Shown here one piece after another: positions 47,701-56,703 of a stretch of 64,000 nucleotides of DNA; positions within the stretch are counted from its first letter, which is position 1, and each line of letters starts with the position of its first letter. Under the pieces are notes generated by a model. That model was not told the origin of the DNA. It ran no database searches and saw only the letters and a program-made list of their open reading frames with translations. Both the position numbers and the translations under genes were made by a program. This stretch comes from an uncultured bacterium (GTDB taxonomy: Bacteria; Krumholzibacteriota; Krumholzibacteriia; Krumholzibacteriales; Krumholzibacteriaceae). The stretch is from assembly GCA_965371515.1 (NCBI GenBank), contig CBDUYR010000009.1:4602-68601 (forward strand), in the 5' to 3' direction.

Positions 47701-48113
47701 GGGTGCCAGCCTACGACCTCGTCATAAGCCGGATGCCACGTCACCCTTGTGATCCCGCCGCCGTGGGCGTTCATCACGTAGACGTCGGCGTTGCCGTCAT
47801 AATCGCCGGTAAAGGCGATCATGCCGCCGTCGGGGGAGAACTTCGGATAACGTTCCGCCCCGTCATGTATCGTGAGCCTGACAGCCTCTCCGCCCGAGGT
47901 GCGTGCGGTCCAGATATCCTCGCCGCTGACAAAGACGATCGTGTTTTCATGGATGTCGGGAAAACGCAGGAGCGCCTCGCCCGGGCTGCCCGTGATGGGA
48001 GCTGCGGCAGTACCGGCCGCCGGCCAGGCAATCGCGGCGATCAGCAGAACGGCCGCGGCAAATACGTACGCGGTCTTCGGATCGATAAAAGTGATGCGGG
48101 GACGTGAAAGCAT
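44745..48113 (-). CDS. Tricorn-protease-like multidomain peptidase (beta-propellers + PDZ + S41-like C-terminal domain)
   Basis: Signal/TM at the N-terminus. TolB/WD40-like blades. C-terminal S41-like core (CLTNRQAGSGGDMLPMEF). Lys/Asp-rich low-complexity insert. ATG at 48113. Confidence 0.65.
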   Translation of the reverse strand: MLSRPRITFIDPKTAYVFAAAVLLIAAIAWPAAGTAAAPITGSPGEALLRFPDIHENTIVFVSGEDIWTARTSGGEAVRLTIHDGAERYPKFSPDGGMIAFTGDYDGNADVYVMNAHGGGITRVTWHPAYDEVVGWHPVNGKIIFNSARRSFSRFSRLYMVNPDGTGLEELIMHEAVRGSFSPDGKKIAYNRISRENRTWKRYKGGTAQEIYIFDFEKMADSKVTDFEGTDRIPMWIGDKIYFSSDRSRVLNIWRLDPETGAVEQLTDHTKYDVRRPSEETGRIVYELGGDIWMLDIDSGKTAKVDIRVSSDAPELRPYLRKVNRLITDIDISPSGKRALVSARGEVFTVPLEHGPTRNLTSSSGSREKDAVWSPDGSKIAYFSDASGEYEIWVRGTGPDGEAKKLTSHKDGYRHTLRWSPDSKKLAYADQTLRCWWIDVDSGKKSEVDRAEFENIDVALELKPIYDFSWSPDSRWIAYSKMNADQVTQVHIHSLETGKSERVSNGLFNDFNPVFSKDGKHLFFISNRRFSPTFCDFEWEMVYKKVAGIYAVTLSADGEALLPPRSDEEQADENGEEDNKNDKKDSKNKKDKKNGDDEKPVKIDFEGLAGRIEALPVPRANYRHLTAADGSLFYLNKDEGDFNRFEFRAIGAMDLYRFSFEDREEEKVISSIGRYALSADGKSIVYTKRRGMHHGLGIIKSSAKDSKGNKISTSGLKMKLDPLSEWKQIFAEAWRMERDFYYEPAMQGLDWDEMGEKYGRLIDRATCRQDVRFIIGELIGELSTSHTYVFGGDNRRNSDRVSVGLLGVDWALDEKAGMYRFEKILDVPDWSRGIVPPLSRPGVNVAEGDYLLEVNGVDVTAGRNIYSYFEDLAGKQVTILVNEKPTKKGAREYTIKPARNGYWMRYHAWVEHNRQLVDEKSGGKIGYLHMPDTYLGSATEFPKLFYTQTRKKGIIVDGRFNGGGLDPAIFLQRLNREILAYWTRRYSHDQTDPAIVTNAHLVCLTNRQAGSGGDMLPMEFQMMKMGPVIGTRTWGGLVGVSMWIGLIDGGGMSAPDYRIYDPDGRWIVENEGVTPDIEIDLDPVEMSRGEDAQLLKGIEVLMKNIKEDPKPWPKHDKFKIDR

Positions 48114-48305
48114 CGTGCTCTCCCTCTGTTGAAAAATGATGTAACGGATTCGCGGTTCCAGAAAACCGCCCCGCCACGATAGCAGAAACACCTCGATGCG
48201 GCAAGTGAGCGTGAGGCCCGCGCCGTCAGAAAGGATTTGATATATATACGGGTCAGGGGATATTCTGTTCCCGGAAGTCATTGTTTACGGTCCGGTCAGG
48301 TGAAT

Positions 48306-48698
48306 ATGATCAAGAAGAACAGCGATCCTCTCCACATCTTTCTTGTGAGTCTCAGCACCCACAGGGGAGTCATCCCTCCTTTTGCGCTCGAGCTCGTGCT
48401 GATCGACGGCATGTACTACTACATACACTCGGTCGAGGAGGCGGGAGAAGATTCAGTCTCGATAGCCATCCGTATCTGGGACACGAGGAACCTCGACGAC
48501 GAGGAACTGGGCCGGCTGAGGAAGGAAGTGGCGGGGCTGGACGACCCGGCGAGACTGGCCGACCCGAAAAGCCTCCATCCGTCACTGGACTGGGGCATCC
48601 TCAGGATCGACTTCGACCATATCTCCTACTGCATCGAGTGGCACCACAAGCTGTGGCCTGTCGCGGGCAAAAAGGCCATGCACAACCGCCTGCACTGA
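48306..48698 (+). CDS. Hypothetical protein
   Basis: 131 aa ORF with ATG. No motif. Confidence 0.3.
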   Translation: MIKKNSDPLHIFLVSLSTHRGVIPPFALELVLIDGMYYYIHSVEEAGEDSVSIAIRIWDTRNLDDEELGRLRKEVAGLDDPARLADPKSLHPSLDWGILRIDFDHISYCIEWHHKLWPVAGKKAMHNRLH

Positions 48699-48855
48699 TA
48701 TAACACCGTTTTGCGCCCCCTGTGCCCGGGAACAGGGCAGGAACGGATCCATCATTTTCCGTTTAAATCCCTCGTATCTTCCTGTATAATAAAAATGTCC
48801 GCCAGCGCCATACTGAAGCGGGCATGGGGAACCTTCCTTCAACAGGAGAATAAAG

Positions 48856-49809
48856 ATGAGATATTTGTTCGCTGTTATCACAGTGGGCCTTGTGCTGTCC
48901 TTTATGGTCGAGCCGGCGGCGGCGGACGAGGGAATCCCCGCGGCCATCCTCCTCTCCTGCTCGGGCAAGGTTACCGTAGTGAGAAGTGACGGCAAAACAG
49001 TGCCCGGGAGTTTCGGCCTGCAATTGTACGCCGGCGATGAAGTGAAGACCTCCGCGGCTTCGCAAGCGGAGATCCACCTGGAAAGCGGCATGTGGCTCCA
49101 GGTGGGCCCCAGCAGCAGCATGAAGATCCAGGGCGCAAGGACGATGGACCAGTCGTCGGGCGTCCAGGTCGGAGACAAGAGCTTCAAGGTCGTCCAGAAC
49201 ATGATGCGCCTGAAGGACCCCAAGGGTACCAGTTCGCTCGCGGCGCTCAGGTCCTCCCCCGGCAAACCGGAGATAGCGCTCATATCACCCTGCCAGACCA
49301 GGGTACTCACGGCGAAACCGACATTCGAATGGGAATCAAGCGGTCTCGATGAGGCATTGCTCCTCACTGTCTACAACGAGAAAGGCGTCCACTACGAGAC
49401 GAAGATACCGGGCGGCTCGAGCTACGACTATCCTTCCGGCGCCCCCGCGATCTCACCGGGCATATCATATTCCTGGACCGTCGAGACGACCGATCCGCTG
49501 CGGGTCCCTCCCCTCCACAGCACCACCGCATTCTTCGAGGTAATATCGGAGGACGATGCCGGGAAACTCGACGGGTCGCTCGGGATGATCGATCCGGAAG
49601 AGATCCCCAACAGCTCCACATATCACTTCCTGAGGGCAAGCGTCTACTTCGACCACGGGCTCCTCGAGAACGCCATCAGCGAGATGGAGCGAGCCATGGA
49701 GGGAGACGCAGGTACTAAGGAGATGCATTCGATCCTCGCAAGGCTCTACGCCGAGGCGGGACGGACCGGGGAAGCAATGTCCGAATACGACCGCATCTTC
49801 GAGAAATAG
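48856..49809 (+). CDS. Secreted protein with FecR-like N-domain and C-terminal TPR-like helices
   Basis: Signal peptide. FecR-like stretch (GKVTVVRSDGKTVPGSFGLQLYAGDEVKTSAASQAEIHLESGMWLQVGPSS). Confidence 0.45.
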   Translation: MRYLFAVITVGLVLSFMVEPAAADEGIPAAILLSCSGKVTVVRSDGKTVPGSFGLQLYAGDEVKTSAASQAEIHLESGMWLQVGPSSSMKIQGARTMDQSSGVQVGDKSFKVVQNMMRLKDPKGTSSLAALRSSPGKPEIALISPCQTRVLTAKPTFEWESSGLDEALLLTVYNEKGVHYETKIPGGSSYDYPSGAPAISPGISYSWTVETTDPLRVPPLHSTTAFFEVISEDDAGKLDGSLGMIDPEEIPNSSTYHFLRASVYFDHGLLENAISEMERAMEGDAGTKEMHSILARLYAEAGRTGEAMSEYDRIFEK

Positions 49810-49864
49810 CTACACCCGCAGATCTGCATCGACGGGCTACCGAAGATATTATCGAAAGGACCGC

Positions 49865-51379
49865 GTGGACAGTATCGCCGGATTCGAGATCGTCAGACCC
49901 ATCGGCAAGGGGGGCATGGGCATTGTCTATCTCGCCCGGGATGAGACGCTGCAGCGAGACCTCGCCATAAAAGTCCTCAGGAAGGAACTCATCGGATCCG
50001 AGGGATCGGAAAGGTTCATCAGGGAAGCGAGGGCCTGCTCGAGAATCAACCATCCCAACATCGTCACCGTTTATTCGGCCGGCAAGCACGATGGCGATCT
50101 GTACATCGCGATGGAGCTCCTGGAGGGCCGTACCCTGCGAGAGACGATCAAGGCGGAGGAAAAGATCGAATGGCGGAAGGCGGTTGCCTGGACGGTCTCG
50201 CTCCTCTCGGCACTCCAGCGGCTTCACGACGAGGGGATCATCCACCGCGACCTCAAGCCCGAAAACATCATGATCAGCTCCCAAGGCGGCGTAAAGCTCA
50301 TGGACTTCGGCATCGCCCACGTCGATTCGGAGAACAGGATCACCATCGACACCTCGATGCTTGGAACGGCCCAGTACATGTCGCCTGAGCAGACAACGGG
50401 GATGAAAACCAGCGCGAGGAGCGACATCTTCTCACTGGGAACGATCCTGTACGAAATGCTGTCGGGAGAGCTTCCCTTCGACGCTCCCCATCCGATGGCG
50501 GTCCTCTACAGCATCGCCAACGAGAAGCAGAGACCCCTCGACGAACTCGTCGACGATCTGCCGGACGGGCTCCCGGCCATCATCGACAGGGCCCTCGAGA
50601 AGGATTCTGAAGCGAGGTTCGAGAGCGCCGGCGCATTCTCGGAAGAGCTCGCCTCGCTGGCGGGATTATCCGGCGGAGGGGCTTACGGAGCATGGAAACG
50701 GGCGCCTCTGTGGCGCAGGATCGCCGTACCGACAGCGACCCTCGCAGTTGCGGCCGCTCTCATCGCCTGGGCTTTCACGCGAGGTCCGGAGAAAGGCGAC
50801 AGGACAAAGGCAGAGAACCACACCCACCTGGGCCAGCAATACGAGGAAGAGAATAACAAGCCCGGTGCACAGGTGGAGTACCGTAACGCGATCATAGCCG
50901 ATCCGAGCTGGGAGGTCCCGTGGAACAATCTCGCCATGATCGAACTCAGCGAAAATGACTATGAGGAGGCCGATTCCCTCCTCGGCGAGGCCTTGGAGAG
51001 GAACTCGAAATACGCGGGAGCGCTATACAACATGTCCGCTGTCTACTGGGACAAATCGGATCTCGAAAGCGCCGAAAGCTTCCTGCGCAGGGCTATCGAC
51101 GCCGAAACCCTGTTCATGCCCGCATACAACAACCTCGGGAAACTCCTGATCACCACCGATCGGCCCGCTGAAGCCGCCGCCATACTTGATAACGCCCTCT
51201 CGAAGATCGACTCGACGACTTATCCCGACGAAGTGAAAGCGTGCCTTCTCAAAAACAGGGGGATAGCCGCCGCGGAGATGGACGACGCGAGCGCCGAGAC
51301 CTGGTGGCGGAAATCTCTCGAGATAATGCCCGACAATGATGAAACCAGAAGGCTGCTCGAGAGCGTCGACGCTCTATAG
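49865..51379 (+). CDS. Ser/Thr protein kinase with TM segment and extracytoplasmic TPR domain
   Basis: Hanks motifs (GKGGMGIVYLA, AIKVL, HRDLKPENIM, DFGIA, SPEQ). TM segment (IAVPTATLAVAAALIAWAF). TPR repeats. Confidence 0.8.
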   Translation: MDSIAGFEIVRPIGKGGMGIVYLARDETLQRDLAIKVLRKELIGSEGSERFIREARACSRINHPNIVTVYSAGKHDGDLYIAMELLEGRTLRETIKAEEKIEWRKAVAWTVSLLSALQRLHDEGIIHRDLKPENIMISSQGGVKLMDFGIAHVDSENRITIDTSMLGTAQYMSPEQTTGMKTSARSDIFSLGTILYEMLSGELPFDAPHPMAVLYSIANEKQRPLDELVDDLPDGLPAIIDRALEKDSEARFESAGAFSEELASLAGLSGGGAYGAWKRAPLWRRIAVPTATLAVAAALIAWAFTRGPEKGDRTKAENHTHLGQQYEEENNKPGAQVEYRNAIIADPSWEVPWNNLAMIELSENDYEEADSLLGEALERNSKYAGALYNMSAVYWDKSDLESAESFLRRAIDAETLFMPAYNNLGKLLITTDRPAEAAAILDNALSKIDSTTYPDEVKACLLKNRGIAAAEMDDASAETWWRKSLEIMPDNDETRRLLESVDAL

Positions 51380-51411
51380 GCAAAATCCACTGCAAGATCA
51401 TGAATGGAAAG

Positions 51412-52638
51412 TCATAAATCGCGGATTCGATCCGTGATAACGGACAGCATAGCATCGAGCCTGTCGGGGTAATTCTCCTTCGAAATACTGCGCTCGGCCC
51501 ACCGGCGGGCGTTTCCGCCGAGCCTTTCGGCCTCTTCGCCGTTTCGAAGCAGTGAGATCACCGCCTTCGCCATCGCCGCCGCGTCCGCCGCCTCGAGGTA
51601 GTTGCTGCCGGACTCGAGGCCCATCCCTGCGACCCCGGCCGGAGTGCTGACGACCGCAGTGCCCATCGCCGCCGCCTCCATCATCCTGATGCGTACGCCT
51701 CCACTGAACCTCAGCGGAAGGACCATCAGGGAACAGCGCCCCAGATATGGAACGATGTCCTCTACACCGCCGGTAAATTCGACGCTCTCTCCCGCCTCCC
51801 CCCTCAGCCTTTCGTCCGCCCCGTGCCCCACAACCTCGAGCACCGCTTCGGGGATCTCCCGGCGAATCGATGGAAATACATCAGAGACAAAGTGACGAAG
51901 CGCGTCCCTGTTGAAATCTGAATGGAACGATCCGAGAAACAGGATCCTGTTCTTCTCCCTCTCGAATACCCCGGGAGTGAATACGGAAAGATCGAGCGCC
52001 AGCGGAAGCGGCAGGATGGTCTTCCCCTCGCATGCGGGGATACATTGCAGCGCTTCGGTGTCCGAGGCGGTCACCGTGAGTATCGTGTCAAATCTTCGAT
52101 ATGCCTTCATCTCGAATATCTCCAGCCTGGCGGCCTTCTTTTCGGCTTTTACCCGTCCGGGACCGGTGCGTGTCAGATCGAGCCTGTCGCGGTTTACGAA
52201 ATGGTCGATATCATGTGTAACGAGAGCCAGTCTTGTATCCCTTACGAATTCGGGCAGCCTGTACATGTGCCAGTACGACGCCAGAACGAGATCGGCCGCT
52301 TCCCGGGAGGCGGTATCGGCGATCAGGCGGAGGAACTCCGCGGGCGCGCTGTAGCTCACGTCCTGAGGTATATCAAACACTAAATCTGAGATCACGTTGC
52401 GTACCTTGTGGAGCAGCTTTCCCGATGCTCCGCGCCTGTGGGGAGCAAGCATAGCCCTGACCTTCATCCCGGGCTTTTCGAGCTCATTCAATTTTTCCAG
52501 CTCGACTTTCGAGAGGGTCATGGTGACGAGCGTTACCTCATGGCGTTCCGACAGGCCTTCGATGAGATTGACGATGAGCCTGCCCGTCCCGCGCGTGACG
52601 GGCCATGGAGTGTACGGTACTGTGACGACGATCTTCAT
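51412..52638 (-). CDS. Glycosyltransferase family 4 (GT-B, Glycos_transf_1)
   Basis: C-terminal GT1 domain with EAAAMGTAVVSTPAGV. Confidence 0.75.
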   Translation of the reverse strand: MKIVVTVPYTPWPVTRGTGRLIVNLIEGLSERHEVTLVTMTLSKVELEKLNELEKPGMKVRAMLAPHRRGASGKLLHKVRNVISDLVFDIPQDVSYSAPAEFLRLIADTASREAADLVLASYWHMYRLPEFVRDTRLALVTHDIDHFVNRDRLDLTRTGPGRVKAEKKAARLEIFEMKAYRRFDTILTVTASDTEALQCIPACEGKTILPLPLALDLSVFTPGVFEREKNRILFLGSFHSDFNRDALRHFVSDVFPSIRREIPEAVLEVVGHGADERLRGEAGESVEFTGGVEDIVPYLGRCSLMVLPLRFSGGVRIRMMEAAAMGTAVVSTPAGVAGMGLESGSNYLEAADAAAMAKAVISLLRNGEEAERLGGNARRWAERSISKENYPDRLDAMLSVITDRIRDL

Positions 52639-52700
52639 ATCGGCGGGATTATATCAGAAAACCCGCCCGAGTCCAGAGGATCCGGGCGGGCCTGTAGATG

Positions 52701-53777
52701 CTACTCCGCGCAGAGCCGCATGATCTCGACGATCATCTTCAGCGCCTTTTCCATGTCGGCGACATGGATGTGCTCTTCTGTCGAATGCTCGAGCCGGGCC
52801 CCGATGCCCACTACGGCGACCTCGATCCCCTTGTTGTTGTAGATCGAGGCATCGGTGAAACCGGTTATGAACGTAGTCTCAGCGTCTATCCCGACCGTCT
52901 TCAGCGCCTTCTTCGAGATCTCCACAGATATTGAATCTTCGGGGATGTCGACGGCCCTGCAGAGATTGTCCACCTTGATCTCGACTGAAGCTCCGAAGCC
53001 CTCCACCTCCGATTTTATCGTCTCGACCATCTTGTCGGCCAAAGCCTGTCCCTTCTCGTGATCCAGGCTTCTGCATTCGGCCAGGAAGCTCGCCGCGTCG
53101 GGGACACCGTTACGGATCAGACCGCCCTTGATCACGCCGACGTTGGCTGTCGTGTCGGCAGCGAGCCGGCCGAGCTCGAGGGCGGAAATCGCCCTGGCAG
53201 CAGCCTGGATAGCGTTTATCCCCTTCTCAGGCTCCATCCCCGCGTGGGCGGACCGGCCCTTTATGTCGACGTCTATGGCAAAATACGAAGGCCCCCCGAT
53301 CACTATCGTGTCGAGCGTGTCGTTATCGAGCAGGAATCCTATCTTTGCGGTGATACGGCCGAAGTCCATGTTCTTCACACCGAGCAGGCCGACCTCTTCC
53401 TGGCGGCTGATCGCCACCTCGACCGGCGGATGAACTTCGGCGATCCTCAACGCTTCCAGCATCTCGGCAATGCCGGCCTTGTCGTCGGCGCCGAGGATCG
53501 TATCGCCCTCGGAGCGGATCACTCCGTCCTTCAGGACAGGCTTGATCCCCTGCCCAGGCATGACCGTGTCGGCATGGCATGACAGAAGGATGGGATCCTT
53601 CCCGGAGCATCCCTTTTCGGGGAATCTCGCCACGAGGTTTCCGTAGCTGTCTATTACGGAATCGGCGCCCATCTCCGAAAAAGTCTTGTGAAGATATTCT
53701 ATCATCGTCGCTTCATTGCCCGATTCGCTGTCGATCCGGACCATCTCCATGAACTGCTCGATCATTCTCTCCGACAT
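52701..53777 (-). CDS. M20/M42-family peptidase (PepT/YgeY-like)
   Basis: Metal-binding motifs CHADTV, GADDKAGIA, EEVGLLG. Confidence 0.75.
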   Translation of the reverse strand: MSERMIEQFMEMVRIDSESGNEATMIEYLHKTFSEMGADSVIDSYGNLVARFPEKGCSGKDPILLSCHADTVMPGQGIKPVLKDGVIRSEGDTILGADDKAGIAEMLEALRIAEVHPPVEVAISRQEEVGLLGVKNMDFGRITAKIGFLLDNDTLDTIVIGGPSYFAIDVDIKGRSAHAGMEPEKGINAIQAAARAISALELGRLAADTTANVGVIKGGLIRNGVPDAASFLAECRSLDHEKGQALADKMVETIKSEVEGFGASVEIKVDNLCRAVDIPEDSISVEISKKALKTVGIDAETTFITGFTDASIYNNKGIEVAVVGIGARLEHSTEEHIHVADMEKALKMIVEIMRLCAE

Positions 53778-53916
53778 TCAAGTCCCTCCAGTGGTTTGCA
53801 GGTTTCGAGCGAGAGCTTTCACTCCTCGACTCAGTCCCAGCATGCAAGGATGTCTCCCGATGTGTTCATTTGTTCCCCACAACGTGGGCATGGGGTTTGC
53901 CCAGGTTCATGCATAG

Positions 53917-54315
53917 TCAGACCTCGTTGTCTTGTAACCCAAGCCACTCCCGAGCTTCTCCGACAGTTCTGAAGACCTCAACTGTTAATGGTGACTCCTG
54001 TAGCTCAGCGAGCGATTGGTACATCCTCGCAAATCCAAACAGCAAGTCGGTACTTGCAACTATCGCCGTTCGCATCCCAGCCAGTTTCTCGCTATGGGCA
54101 CGATCTATTCGGATATTGGTCTCGAGCGAACTTGACGAGCCCTGGATATCCTCAATGCCGGCCAGATCAACTAATTCCCGCGCTCCAGGTTTGATCCGGG
54201 GGTCTGCTGCAACAGCTTCCGCCTGATCCCTGAGGTCTTTGTCAATCACTACCCCGAAGAAACGCGTGTAAAGGATATTATGTTCTTCATCGTATGTATA
54301 CTCGACCGACATCAC
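53917..54315 (-). CDS. Hypothetical small cytoplasmic protein (STAS-like?)
   Basis: 132 aa. Fold guess only. Confidence 0.35.
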   Translation of the reverse strand: MMSVEYTYDEEHNILYTRFFGVVIDKDLRDQAEAVAADPRIKPGARELVDLAGIEDIQGSSSSLETNIRIDRAHSEKLAGMRTAIVASTDLLFGFARMYQSLAELQESPLTVEVFRTVGEAREWLGLQDNEV

Positions 54316-54431
54316 TCACCTCTTAGTGTATCTACCGTCAGTTTCACCCGCAAAGCCTGAATGGCGCTCTCTGTCTCCTTGCACAGAGCGTGACAGATGG
54401 CTTTGTCAGGTGCAAGCGCTTGTTATCTTTC

Positions 54432-54935
54432 TCACTCCCCCTCAACCAACTTACCCCGTGCTCGAAAATACTCCAAAAACACATTGGACTCGCAAGGATT
54501 AGCCGACTGAACAGAATCCGGCAATTGCTCATAGACAAGCCGTAGATTACTATCGCCGGATAATATCAACGAATCGTATAGCACAAACCCGTCGTACAGT
54601 TTAGATGACGCCCGCGATGAGAAGTGACCTTCAAAAACGAGTTCGCCGGATATCTCCAAGCGAAACATTTGCCCAGTCAATTCACTCAGCATCGGAATCT
54701 CTCTGTCGCCGACAATCTTGCTATGCTCCCACTTTGACCAACGCAGGGACCCCTCTGCAGTAAGTGTAAGCCCGCCGGTCGCTGGGTTGTATTCGTTGAT
54801 GTCGCTACCAGCGAGAATAGTATCTCCACCGGCGAGAATGAGCAATTCACCGGACCATGCGCTTACGCTACACCCGACAACCGCCACCACGAGAATAATT
54901 GCCAAGAAAACTGGTGCCCCGTGAAGACCTCTCAT
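54432..54935 (-). CDS. Hypothetical lipoprotein
   Basis: Signal peptide with a VVGCS lipobox. Confidence 0.4.
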   Translation of the reverse strand: MRGLHGAPVFLAIILVVAVVGCSVSAWSGELLILAGGDTILAGSDINEYNPATGGLTLTAEGSLRWSKWEHSKIVGDREIPMLSELTGQMFRLEISGELVFEGHFSSRASSKLYDGFVLYDSLILSGDSNLRLVYEQLPDSVQSANPCESNVFLEYFRARGKLVEGE

Positions 54936-55243
54936 TGCCACACTCCTTAGGCTACCGCCACCAATGACCCATGGTGTATCTGCTACGTCTCCCTGCCCCG
55001 CTACATTCTGCAAAGATAACGGTAATGTATCTTGAACTAGCATATTGGATATCACTGCGAGCCTGACGATGTATCCAATATCGTGTTATGAGTTTATATC
55101 CTGTATCCCCTATAAATCAACAGGATATGCATCCCCCCCCAATACTTCATTGTAATAGACTGCGAGCTGCTGCTTCGCATCTGGAAATGTGCCAGAAAAC
55201 CGACTCGAACAATATGTGGCTCTCTTACTTGCAGTATTAAATA

Positions 55244-55319
55244 TGGTGGGAACTACAGGATTTGAACCTGTGACTTCTACCGTGTGAAGATAGCACTCTA
55301 ACCACTGAGTTAAGCTCCC
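55244..55319 (-). tRNA. tRNA-Val (anticodon CAC)
   Basis: On the minus strand there is a cloverleaf with a GGGAGCT/AGTTCCC acceptor stem. D-arm ACTC-AGTGGTTA-GAGT. Anticodon stem CTATC with loop TTCACAC. T-arm ACAGG-TTCAAAT-CCTGT. CCA is encoded. Confidence 0.8.
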
Positions 55320-55382
55320 ACCCAACGGCAGAATCTATGATAACGACTCCCCTGCCCGCGGGCAAGGGAGAATCACTGGATT

Positions 55383-55700
55383 CTAGTGGGCCGATGTATC
55401 GGGCGGCTCCCAGTCGGCCAGTGTCTTTCTCAGGATCGGGTTATCCTCGTCCTGATTATATTCCTCGAGTATCTTCTTCGCCTTCTCGAGGTCTTTATTC
55501 CTGACCATGATCCTGACGGCGCCCATGCCGTCAACGGTAAAGGGAAGGGCGCTGAACGTCTGTTGGGACCGCATCATCGCCTCGATACCCTCTGACTCGA
55601 GAAGTCCGATTATCACCTGCGCGTTCATCTCTCCCTGAACGGAGATGAGCTCGGTCAGGCTTTTCTCGTTTTCCTCTTCGCGTCTTTTCTCTTCTGTCAT
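55383..55700 (-). CDS. Small DUF2007-like protein
   Basis: About 105 aa, Glu-rich at the N-terminus. ATG at 55700. Confidence 0.4.
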   Translation of the reverse strand: MTEEKRREEENEKSLTELISVQGEMNAQVIIGLLESEGIEAMMRSQQTFSALPFTVDGMGAVRIMVRNKDLEKAKKILEEYNQDEDNPILRKTLADWEPPDTSAH

Positions 55701-55766
55701 TTTCCACCTCGCATCGCTGTGACTATCTGTGATATTACTACTGAATCGAATATCCGGCAAGGAGGC

Positions 55767-56624
55767 ATGATGAATCTCGGAGCGCACATGTCGATCGCGG
55801 GCGGCGTCCACCTCGCGCTCCAGCGGGGGAAGTCGGTCGGTTGCAACGCCGTACAGCTCTTCGTGAAGAGCTCCAACCAGTGGCGCGCAAAGGCGTTGTC
55901 GCCTGAGGAGATCGACCTCTTCCACAAGGAGAGCGCTTCTCTAACACCGGGTTTCGTGATCGCGCACACGAGCTACCTGATAAATATCGCCTCGCCCGAC
56001 CCGGCGCTTCTGAAAAAGTCCGCCGATTCCCTCCTTGTCGAACTCGAGAGGTGCTCCGTTCTCAAGATCCCATATCTCGTCCTTCACCCCGGCTCGCACC
56101 GTGGCGCGGGCATCGATCAGGGGATCGGGACGATCGCCGCGACTCTCAACGGTCTCTTCGAGAAGACAGCAGGCGACGGCGTGTCGATCCTCCTCGAGAT
56201 CACCGCCGGACAGGGCAACACGATCGGCTCGACCTTCGAGGAACTCGCCGGTATCATCGATCTCATCGAGGACCGCTCGCGCGTCGGCGTCTGCTTCGAC
56301 ACATGCCACGCTTTCGCCGCCGGATACGACATAAGGACAAAGAAGACGTACAATGCCACATTCAGGGCCCTTGACGACATCGTCGGGTTCGACTATCTCA
56401 AAGCCTTCCATCTCAACGATTCGCTGAAGGAGTTCGGCAGCCGGCGCGATCGGCACACCCACATAGGAAAGGGCGAGATAGGCATCGAGGCATTCGCCAA
56501 CCTGATGCGGGACAAACGTTTCCTCGACCGGCCGATGGTTCTGGAAACGCCGAAGGGGCCGGACATGAAGGAAGACGTCGAGAACCTCGCTCTGCTGCGC
56601 AGCCTGCGCAATGCAAAGAAATGA
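55767..56624 (+). CDS. nfo: Endonuclease IV (AP endonuclease, TIM barrel)
   Basis: Nfo zinc-ligand pattern (HTSYLINIASPD, HPGSH, DTCHAFAAGYD, HLNDS). Confidence 0.85.
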   Translation: MMNLGAHMSIAGGVHLALQRGKSVGCNAVQLFVKSSNQWRAKALSPEEIDLFHKESASLTPGFVIAHTSYLINIASPDPALLKKSADSLLVELERCSVLKIPYLVLHPGSHRGAGIDQGIGTIAATLNGLFEKTAGDGVSILLEITAGQGNTIGSTFEELAGIIDLIEDRSRVGVCFDTCHAFAAGYDIRTKKTYNATFRALDDIVGFDYLKAFHLNDSLKEFGSRRDRHTHIGKGEIGIEAFANLMRDKRFLDRPMVLETPKGPDMKEDVENLALLRSLRNAKK

Positions 56625-56703
56625 TTTCGCTTGAGTCTGCGCCTTTACCCTCATATACTTCCATTTCCGCAAACATGAAATTCATGACGGCCAGGAGGAT
56701 ATA

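Noticed and set aside
55056-55382. Integrase or genomic island at tRNA-Val
   Set aside because: No integrase, direct repeat of the tRNA 3' end, or compositional shift is visible next to the tRNA.
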